DNA of 60,997 bases, filler included. It is 7 parts of 7 records of this genome, joined end to end, with 100 filler letters (N's around TTAATTAATTAA, not from the genome) between each part and the next. Parts side by side here need not be neighbours in the genome. Positions count along the whole stretch, not along the records: positions 16,132 to 36,065 come from SRR20825010_5621; 6 more parts are not named here. One strand, given 5' to 3'. Of the stretch, positions 20,640 through 28,241 are shown piece by piece. The notes beneath the pieces are model-generated. The model was given only the letters and a program-made list of their open reading frames with translations, did not search any database and had not been told where the DNA came from. Position 1 is the stretch's first letter. The number at the start of each line of letters is the position of its first letter. Both the position numbers and the translations under genes were made by a program.

Positions 20640-21626
20640 TTAGCCCCAGGTTCCGAATTCGGGAGGCTGAATGATGCTGCCCTGATAGGTCAGCCCCGGC
20701 TCCCGGTCTTTCGCCAGCAGCAGCGGCCCGTCGAGATCGACCACGGCACACCCCTGTGCCACGAGCACGCCCGGTGCCATGGCAAGCGAGGTGCCGACCA
20801 TGCAGCCAACCATCACCTCGAAGCCCATCTCCAGGGCCTTGTCGCGCAACACCAGCGCCTCGGTCAGACCGCCGGTCTTGTCGAGCTTGATGTTGATCAT
20901 GTCGTATTTACCGACAAGCGCATCGAGGGTCTTGCTGTCGTGGCAGCTCTCATCGGCGCAGACCGGGACAACCCGGTCGAGACCGCGCAGCCCTTCATCG
21001 TCAGCGGCGGGCAGCGGCTGCTCGATCATGACGACACCGAGTTCGGCGAATTTCGGCGCGTATTCCTGATACTGCGCCACGGTCCAGCCTTCGTTGGCAT
21101 CGACCACGAGCTTTGCATTCGGGGCGTTCTTGTGGATCAGGGCGACCCGCTCCAGATCCTTCTCATCCCCGGTCATCTTCAGCTTCAGAACCGGGCGAGC
21201 CGCATTCTCAGCCGCTTTCGCGCCCATCACGTCCGGCTCGTCCACGCCAAGCGTGAAGACGGTCGTGACCGGCTTCGGCTCGGACAGGCCGGCAAGTTCC
21301 CAAGCCCGTTTGCCGGTTTGTTTTGCTTCAAGATCCCAGAGGGCGCAGTCGATGGCGTTACGTGCGGCTCCCGGTGCGAGCGCCGCCGCCAGACCGGCAC
21401 GATCCATGCCGTTGGCAAGTTCACCCGCAACGGACTCGATCTGGGCCGCAACGCTGTCCAGCGTCTCCCCGTAGCGCTTGTAGGGAAAGCATTCGCCCAT
21501 GCCGGCGACATCGTCGCCGGCAATTTCCACCACAATGACTTCCGACTCTGTCCGGGCGCCCCGGGAGATCCGGAAGACGCCCTGCAGCGGCCAGCTTTCA
21601 CGACGGACGGTGACCGACCTGTACAT
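20640..21626 (-). CDS. dgcA: N-acetyl-D-glutamate racemase DgcA / L-Ala-D/L-Glu epimerase (enolase superfamily)
   Basis: FRISRG, ARNAIDCALWDL, KLK, DANEGW, EQP, ADES, NIKLDKTGGLTEA, GCM, DLDG; directly downstream of dgcN. Confidence 0.88.
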   Translation of the reverse strand: MYRSVTVRRESWPLQGVFRISRGARTESEVIVVEIAGDDVAGMGECFPYKRYGETLDSVAAQIESVAGELANGMDRAGLAAALAPGAARNAIDCALWDLEAKQTGKRAWELAGLSEPKPVTTVFTLGVDEPDVMGAKAAENAARPVLKLKMTGDEKDLERVALIHKNAPNAKLVVDANEGWTVAQYQEYAPKFAELGVVMIEQPLPAADDEGLRGLDRVVPVCADESCHDSKTLDALVGKYDMINIKLDKTGGLTEALVLRDKALEMGFEVMVGCMVGTSLAMAPGVLVAQGCAVVDLDGPLLLAKDREPGLTYQGSIIQPPEFGTWG

Positions 21627-21654
21627 CGACTGCTCCTCTTGCGTTGGGATAGGC

Positions 21655-22656
21655 CTAAAGCGGCATGTTATCGACGATGGCACCGACACCGTTGCGGATC
21701 GGATCCACAGCCGGCAGGCCCGTCTCGTCGCTGGCCTTCTTCAGGAACTCCTCGGCAGCCTTGTCGTCCAGGCTGGAGGTGTTCACGCAAACACCGACGA
21801 ACTGCGCATCCGGGTTCGTCAGGCGGGCAGCCTGCAGATAGTACGGAATGCATTCGGTCAGGCTCGGCACCTTGTATTCCGGCAGACCGCGCATGTGCGG
21901 GCGGTTGGCTTCGTGACAAAGCACCAGAGCATCCGGCTGGGCGCCATGGATCAGCCCCATGGTGACGCCCGCATAGGACGCGTGGAACAACGAGCCCTGG
22001 CCTTCGACCAGATCCCAATGATCCGCATCGTTGGCCGGTGCCAGCTCTTCGACCGCACCGGAAATGAAGTCGGCGACAACCGCATCGACGGAAACGCCGG
22101 AGCCGGCGATGAAGATGCCGGTCTGGCCTGTCGCCCGGAAGGTCGCCTTCACATTACGATTGTGCAGCTCCCGCTCGATGGCGAGGGCGGTGAACATCTT
22201 GCCGACGGAGCAGTCGGTGCCGACCGGAAGCAGCCGCTTGCCGGTGCGCTTCTTGCCGTTTGCGACGGAAAAGGTGCCGGTCGGATGGCGCACGTCATAA
22301 AGGCCGAGGCCCTTTTCCTTCGCCTTGGCCGCCAGCGACGGGATGGTGCTGATACGGGTATGCAGGCCGCTGGCGATCTCCATGCCGAGATCGAGCGCCT
22401 TTTCCAGCTCGACGAGCCAGGTATCCGGCATGAAGCCGCCACGATTGGCAACGCCGAGAATGACGGTCTTCACACCGGCTTCGGCTGCTTCCTCGATAGT
22501 CATGTCCGGAAGTTTCAGGTCCGCGTTGCAGCCCGGCAGGCGGAACTGACCGACGCACCAGTCTTCGCGCCAGACCTTCACACCATTGGCGGTCTTTGCT
22601 GCGAGCTGATCGGGCGCATCGCCCAGGAACATAAGATAAGGATTGCGGATTTCCAC
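21655..22656 (-). CDS. dgcN: D-glutamate N-acetyltransferase DgcN (DUF1611)
   Basis: GTG start, IRNPYLMFLGDAPDQLAAKTA, ASGLH, GTDCSVGKM, RATGQTG, DAVVADFISGAVE, VEGQGSLFHASY. Confidence 0.9.
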   Translation of the reverse strand: MEIRNPYLMFLGDAPDQLAAKTANGVKVWREDWCVGQFRLPGCNADLKLPDMTIEEAAEAGVKTVILGVANRGGFMPDTWLVELEKALDLGMEIASGLHTRISTIPSLAAKAKEKGLGLYDVRHPTGTFSVANGKKRTGKRLLPVGTDCSVGKMFTALAIERELHNRNVKATFRATGQTGIFIAGSGVSVDAVVADFISGAVEELAPANDADHWDLVEGQGSLFHASYAGVTMGLIHGAQPDALVLCHEANRPHMRGLPEYKVPSLTECIPYYLQAARLTNPDAQFVGVCVNTSSLDDKAAEEFLKKASDETGLPAVDPIRNGVGAIVDNMPL

Positions 22657-22780
22657 GACGTCACCTTGGCAAAAATGTGGTTGCGCATTGCCCCGGACGG
22701 GGCACGAATTAACCCGTGCCTGCGTCCAGGGGAGTTTTGTCGACCTTTGTCCGGCCACCCTTGGGGGGCGGCGCGTTTGG

Positions 22781-24469
22781 TCAGGTCTCCTCTAGATGGA
22801 CTTCGTGGTCACTTTTGGCTGCCACTTTCCATCCGGACGCTGCACTTCGCCAGAGAAGATAGGCGGAAAGTGCCAGCAGCGCTACTCCGATAATCGGCCG
22901 GACAAAGCCTTCCATCATGAAGAGCGGGACCGAGACCGCAGCCAGCAGAACCGGGATATAGGCCAGGGTCCAGGCTTTGGTTTCCCGCGCCTTCTGATAC
23001 CAGGGGAAGCCGATCGAAAAGAGCGACACAATCAGGAAGAAGAGCGACCACGGCCGGGTGATGAACAGCATCAGATCGCTGTCCGTCGCCAGGGACCGCG
23101 ACAGGTTGAGCTCCGCCACATGCCCAAGCACCACGCCAAGAATGATCGGCGCCAGCGGAAAGCCGAGTTGCCGCATGACGTAGCCGACGATTCCGAACGA
23201 GAACAGCACCCAGATATCATAGGTGATGTTGTTCAGGGCAAAGACACCGATAGCGCAATAGGCCAGGATCACCGAGGCCAGCATATACATCGGAATCCGT
23301 GTCACCATCACGAACAGCCGCAGCGTCACGGACTGCATCGCGATCATGATGAAGTGGGCCAGGAAGAATGCGACGAAGATCGCATAGGCCAGATCCGGAT
23401 TATCGGTGATGAAGGTCGGGCTTGGCTGAACATTGTGAATCAGCAGAGCGCCGAGCATGACGGCGGTAATGATGTCGCCGGGAATGCCGAGAGCCATCAT
23501 GGTGATCAGGGCACCACCGGCTGTCGCGTTGTTCGATGCCTCGGGCGCGACGATACCGTCCGGCGTTCCCGTTCCGAATTTCTCGGGCGTCTTGGATGCC
23601 TTCTTCGCCTGATCATAGGCAAGGATGTTCGAAATCGAGCTACCGGCTGCAGGAAGTACACCGGTGAAAACGCCGATGAAGGAAGACCGGAGCAGGTTCG
23701 TCCAGCGTGACAGCACCATCTTGATGGCGTTCACATGCTCGATACGGACCCGGGCATCCGCGCCGCGTGCATCCATCAAGGGCAGCCGGGCCTTCACCCG
23801 GTCCTGCAGATCGGACAAAAGCTGGCTGAAGGCGAAAAGCCCGATCAGGACCGGCAAAAAGGTAAAGCCGGATTCAAGATCCTCGAACCCGAAGCTGAAA
23901 CGCGCGACGCCGTTCACTTCATCCTCGCCGACCGTGGCGATGAAAAGGCCGAGCGCTCCGGCGATCATGCCTTTGACCAGGTTTTCCCCGGACAGGCTCG
24001 CCGTGATGGTCAGTGCGAAAAGCACGAGTGAGAAGTAATCCCACGGACCGAACTCAAGGCCAATCACGGCCAGGCGCGGAGCCAGAGTGACGAGCAGGAC
24101 CGCACTGAACATGCCACCGAAGAAGGACGACCAGACGCCAAGCCCGAGCGCGAGGCCCGGCTTGCCGTTCCGCGCCATCGGGAAACCGTCGAATGTCGTC
24201 GCGATGGAGGACGGCGTTCCCGGAATCCCCGTCAGCATGCCCGACATCAAACCGCCTGACAGACCGCCGACATAAACGCCGATCATGGTCGAAAGACCTT
24301 CAACCGGGCTCAGCCCGAAAGTGAAAGGCAGCGTCAGAACGACAGCCATGGCGATGGTGAAGCCCGGGATCGCTCCAGCGATCAAACCGGCCGTGACGCC
24401 GACTGTCATCAGCACCAGGTTCCACGGCGCGAAGACATCGGCGAAGGCGTACATAAGAGTGTCGATCAT
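22781..24469 (-). CDS. tctA: Tripartite tricarboxylate transporter permease TctA
   Basis: GAIPG, GIPGTPSS..TTFDGFPMA, APEASNNA, LGIPGD. Confidence 0.93.
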   Translation of the reverse strand: MIDTLMYAFADVFAPWNLVLMTVGVTAGLIAGAIPGFTIAMAVVLTLPFTFGLSPVEGLSTMIGVYVGGLSGGLMSGMLTGIPGTPSSIATTFDGFPMARNGKPGLALGLGVWSSFFGGMFSAVLLVTLAPRLAVIGLEFGPWDYFSLVLFALTITASLSGENLVKGMIAGALGLFIATVGEDEVNGVARFSFGFEDLESGFTFLPVLIGLFAFSQLLSDLQDRVKARLPLMDARGADARVRIEHVNAIKMVLSRWTNLLRSSFIGVFTGVLPAAGSSISNILAYDQAKKASKTPEKFGTGTPDGIVAPEASNNATAGGALITMMALGIPGDIITAVMLGALLIHNVQPSPTFITDNPDLAYAIFVAFFLAHFIMIAMQSVTLRLFVMVTRIPMYMLASVILAYCAIGVFALNNITYDIWVLFSFGIVGYVMRQLGFPLAPIILGVVLGHVAELNLSRSLATDSDLMLFITRPWSLFFLIVSLFSIGFPWYQKARETKAWTLAYIPVLLAAVSVPLFMMEGFVRPIIGVALLALSAYLLWRSAASGWKVAAKSDHEVHLEET

Positions 24470-24479
24470 CGCGCTCGTC

Positions 24480-24965
24480 CTAATTCAGCTGCAAGAGTTC
24501 GCCGTCCGGCAGCAGGACGCCGAGACCGAAGGTAAAGATGGTCCACATCAACCCGACCATGCCAACGGCAATGGCCAAGTGAAGAGGCACACGTTTCAAC
24601 TCCGGCTCACCGAGAAGCGTCAGAGCGAGGAAAACAAAGCCGATACCGCCCAGCAGCATGCCGAGATAAGGCATGGTCACGAGGAAGAGGAAAAACAGGA
24701 TATAGACGGTGATTGCGTTTCGGTACCGGCCAATCCCGCCGCTTGCAGCACTGGTCTCTGATTTTGCAATAGTGGGCTTGAGCACACTCTGCCCAAACAT
24801 CGCGAGACAAAAGACCGTCAAAACCCCGAGCACGACCTGCGGCCAGACGCTCGACTGCATGGTCCCGTAATTTGTATCCTCGATTTCCAGGCTCGCGGAA
24901 ATCATCACGCCGCAAAAGACCAGAAGCAACAGAGACACCAACGTATCGCGATTCAAGCGCGCCAC
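24480..24965 (-). CDS. tctB: Tripartite tricarboxylate transporter small subunit TctB
   Basis: Four TM segments, WP motif, C-terminal GLGVLLP.G; lies between tctC and tctA. Confidence 0.88.
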   Translation of the reverse strand: MARLNRDTLVSLLLLVFCGVMISASLEIEDTNYGTMQSSVWPQVVLGVLTVFCLAMFGQSVLKPTIAKSETSAASGGIGRYRNAITVYILFFLFLVTMPYLGMLLGGIGFVFLALTLLGEPELKRVPLHLAIAVGMVGLMWTIFTFGLGVLLPDGELLQLN

Positions 24966-24994
24966 CGGCTTTCCTCCATATCCCGTATCGTTAA

Positions 24995-25030
24995 ATGCAA
25001 ACGGCGGCCCCCGGAGAACGGGAGCCGCCG
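24995..25030 (-). terminator. Stem-loop after tctC (attenuator or mRNA stabiliser)
   Basis: Minus strand CGGCGGCTCCC-GTTCTCC-GGGGGCCGCCG followed by TTTGCATTT. Confidence 0.5.
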
Positions 25031-25047
25031 CTCGTCAGGCTGATTAA

Positions 25048-26019
25048 TCAGTCGCCCTTGTAAAGTCCAACCTCAATCGCGATCCGCTTCCAGTCCGCGA
25101 AGGTTTTCTCGAAATATTCGGTGTATTCCTTCGGGCCGAGATAATTCACATCCGTACCCTTGGCGGTCATCGCTTCGATGACCTTCGGGTCCGCAGCCGC
25201 TTTCTTGAAGATTTCGGCATAATGATTGATCACGTCCTGGCTGACACCCTTCGGCAAAACGACACCACGGTCCGTACCATAAACGAGATCATAGCCCTGT
25301 TCCTTCAGAGTCATGACGTCCGGGATTTCCGCGTTCCGCTTCGGCGTGGTGATGCCAAGTGCTTTCAGCTCGTTGGTCTGGATGTACTTCTTGGCCGAGG
25401 CGAGGTTGATTTCGCCGATATCGATATTCTTGGCCAGAAGCGCGGTCATCCGCTGACGGGTACCGTCGTAGGAAACATGCTTGAATTTCACGCCGGCCGC
25501 ATCTTCAACCAGCAGGAAGATGAAGTGGCTGGTGGAGCCGAGAGTACCGCCGGCGGTCACGGAACCTGGTTCCTTCTTCGCGGCAGCAACCAGTTCCTTG
25601 ATGTTGTTGTACGGCACGTCCGGGCTGGCACCGATGATCGCCGGGGTCCGGGTCAGCAGGGCAACCGGCTCGAAGGCGTCCCAGGTGAAGTCCACACGAC
25701 CGTTGAAGAAGCTGGTCATCGCGCTCTGGTGAATGGCGAAAAGCGTGCAACCGTCCGGCTTTGCCTTGCGGGCTTCCTTGGCGCCCTTGTTGCCGCCCTG
25801 GCCGCCAATATTCACGACCTGCAGCTTCGGATCCGCACCGGCTTCGTTCGCCGCTTCGACAAACTGGCGGAAAATCACGTCGGTACCGCCACCGGCGCCC
25901 CACGGCACGATCAGCTTGGCGGTACGGCAGGACAGATCCGCAGCCTGCGCAGCAGGCACACCAGCAAAGGCAACGGAAGCCGTCGCAAAAGCTGCAAAGA
26001 GTGCTGTCTTGAGTTTCAT
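25048..26019 (-). CDS. tctC: TTT substrate-binding protein (TctC/Bug family)
   Basis: Signal peptide, IVPWGAGGGTD carboxylate-pincer motif, VVNIGGQGG, KPDG.TL, HVSYDG; ATG after a GGGAGA RBS. Confidence 0.92.
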   Translation of the reverse strand: MKLKTALFAAFATASVAFAGVPAAQAADLSCRTAKLIVPWGAGGGTDVIFRQFVEAANEAGADPKLQVVNIGGQGGNKGAKEARKAKPDGCTLFAIHQSAMTSFFNGRVDFTWDAFEPVALLTRTPAIIGASPDVPYNNIKELVAAAKKEPGSVTAGGTLGSTSHFIFLLVEDAAGVKFKHVSYDGTRQRMTALLAKNIDIGEINLASAKKYIQTNELKALGITTPKRNAEIPDVMTLKEQGYDLVYGTDRGVVLPKGVSQDVINHYAEIFKKAAADPKVIEAMTAKGTDVNYLGPKEYTEYFEKTFADWKRIAIEVGLYKGD

Positions 26020-26106
26020 TTTAGTCTCCCTGTAGACACGCCGCCCAAACCGACAGCGTTCGAAATTCTTCAGGCGCACTGGAAGCGCACCAATCTTGTG
26101 ACTGAC

Positions 26107-26134
26107 ACCCTATGAATACAGCCCCGCCTGTCAA
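26107..26134 (-). promoter_or_regulatory. Possible sigma70 promoter for tctCBA
   Basis: Minus strand TTGACA-N16-TAGGGT, flanked by TTGTGAACA and TGTCAGTCACAA operator-like sequences. Confidence 0.35.
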
Positions 26135-26235
26135 CTGTTCACAATCATTCAGGCGCGTATTCCATTGCCGCGCGTATAAAGACAAAAAAATTCATCCAGT
26201 AACGGGACATATTCTTTCAACGAAGTCTTGGACTT

Positions 26236-27246
26236 TCAGCTTTTTTGTCCCAGGCGTTTGCCGTTATTTTGACGTTGAAGCATTTCCGTCCAATCTGCGG
26301 CGAGATTTTCAAGATATCGTGCGAATCCATCGCCCGCGATCAGAGCGGTCTCTGTTCCATATTCCTTGTGCAACTCGGACAGAACGCCGCGGGTTTCCAG
26401 AACCTTCCGCATGACAGCAACAAGGCTCTTCACAGTATCATCCGGTATGTCGCGCGGCCCGAAAAGCCCGTGATCAATTCCAAATGTCAGCCCATTGGCC
26501 TCACCACCGAGCGTCGGCACACCAGATAGCATGCCCGGCTCAAACGCCCCACTGACCGCGAGCACACTAAGTTCTTTCCCCTTGCTTCGGGCAGCAGCAG
26601 CCCTGAGAGAGATAAAGCCCGCTACACCCGGGGGGCCACTCACCAAATCCCGATGACGCGCCAGCCCGGTCGGATAGCTCCGGATTCGGAAACGCACGCC
26701 GAGGGCCTCTTCCATCCTCAGAAACAGCATTTGTTCCAGTGGATCTTCCACCAGGGCGAAAGTGACGCTCTCTGGTTTGTCTCTAAGCTGGGCGAGCATG
26801 CCGGAAAAGCTCGGCGGCTCGGATTCCTGACCTTTCGGAGCCGCAGGAGGCGCCCCACCAGTCGACAGCGCAATTGCCAACGGAGTCCGGGTCAACAAGG
26901 CGATCGGCTTGAAATCGCGCCAATCGGTCTTGCCTTTGTCGAGCATCTCGAACGCCACCTGAATCTGCGAGTCGAGCATCAGGGTACACCCGTTCGGCGC
27001 CGCATCCTCGAGCAACCGGCGGGCAATATCACGGGGCCGGTTGCGCACCCGGAAGGTGCTGCCGCCGAGTTTCGTCGCAGCCTCGGCGACGGCGCGGCCG
27101 ACCAGATCCCCGGCAGAGCCAACGGCGGACGGTACGATAATGGAAACCGTAAGACAGGAAAGCTCTTGTGCCCGGGCATCCTCCGGGCGCGTTCCCAGCG
27201 CCAGGACGGTCATAATCACAAGCATCAGGAACTGAAACGGTCTCAT
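26236..27246 (-). CDS. Divergent TctC/Bug-family periplasmic binding protein
   Basis: Signal peptide; IIVPSAVGSAGD, APNGCTL, DFKPIALLTRTP, GVPTL, GLFGPRDIP align with the neighbouring TctC. Confidence 0.78.
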   Translation of the reverse strand: MRPFQFLMLVIMTVLALGTRPEDARAQELSCLTVSIIVPSAVGSAGDLVGRAVAEAATKLGGSTFRVRNRPRDIARRLLEDAAPNGCTLMLDSQIQVAFEMLDKGKTDWRDFKPIALLTRTPLAIALSTGGAPPAAPKGQESEPPSFSGMLAQLRDKPESVTFALVEDPLEQMLFLRMEEALGVRFRIRSYPTGLARHRDLVSGPPGVAGFISLRAAAARSKGKELSVLAVSGAFEPGMLSGVPTLGGEANGLTFGIDHGLFGPRDIPDDTVKSLVAVMRKVLETRGVLSELHKEYGTETALIAGDGFARYLENLAADWTEMLQRQNNGKRLGQKS

Positions 27247-27393
27247 TGTACTCCCACTCGGCTGGCGCCCCACTATACCCGGCCCCGGATCATCGTCCAG
27301 CGGCACCAATAATCTCGAACATTTGACCTGTAAGGATTTTCCGCTACAGAAGGGCGGCGGACTTAACGTGTGATTGAAACGAGGGAAACAGAA

Positions 27394-28209
27394 ATGGCGG
27401 GGAATATGAAGGTCGGAATCGGCGGACTGGGTGCAATCGGCCTGACACTGGCCCGCGCGATCACAGACGGCCGCCTGCCGGGCCTAGAACTTGGCGCCGT
27501 TTCTGCCCGCAACGTTGAAAAAGCTCAGAAAAACCTGACATCCATTGGTGCCAGCGCGCCTATCGTGTCTCTGGAAGCATTGGCGGAATCCTGCGACGTC
27601 GTCGTGGAGTGCGCTCCGGCTTCGGTCTTTCCGGTCATCGCGGAAGCGGCCATCGCCAAGGGACGGGTCTTTATTCCGGTCAGCATCGGCGCTCTGCTCA
27701 ACCACATGGAGCTTGTTGACAAGGCGAAAGAAACCGGCGCCCGGCTCATTCTGCCGACCGGCGCCCTGATTGGTCTGGATGCCGTGCGCGCCGCTTCGGA
27801 AGGCACCATCGCATCCGTGACCCTCGAAACCCGGAAGCCGCCACGCGGTCTCGCCGGCGCCCCTTATCTTGTTGAGAACGACATCTCTGTCGAGGGACTG
27901 ACTGACGCGAAAAAGGTTTTCGAGGGAAATGCCCGGGCCGCCGCCAAAGGCTTCCCGGCCAATGTCAATGTTGCGGCAGCTCTCAGCCTTGCGGGTATCG
28001 GTCCGGACCAGACCAGCGTCGAAATTTGGGCTGATCCGTCCGTCACCCGGAACACCCATACAATCAGGGTCGAAGCGGACAGCGCACGCTTCACCATGAC
28101 GATCGAGAATATTCCGACAGAAGAGAACCCGAAGACGGGCAAAATCACGGCACTCAGTGTGATTGCAACCCTGCGTCGCCTGAACGCGCCATTAACCGCA
28201 GGAACGTGA
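27394..28209 (+). CDS. nadX: L-aspartate dehydrogenase family
   Basis: GLGAIG Rossmann motif, VVECA, SIGAL, GALIGLD, RKPP, FEGNAR.AAKGFPANVNVAA, NTH, ENPKT. Confidence 0.9.
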   Translation: MAGNMKVGIGGLGAIGLTLARAITDGRLPGLELGAVSARNVEKAQKNLTSIGASAPIVSLEALAESCDVVVECAPASVFPVIAEAAIAKGRVFIPVSIGALLNHMELVDKAKETGARLILPTGALIGLDAVRAASEGTIASVTLETRKPPRGLAGAPYLVENDISVEGLTDAKKVFEGNARAAAKGFPANVNVAAALSLAGIGPDQTSVEIWADPSVTRNTHTIRVEADSARFTMTIENIPTEENPKTGKITALSVIATLRRLNAPLTAGT

Positions 28210-28241
28210 CCGCCGGTCCCAGCTGACAACCGGGCAGGCGG

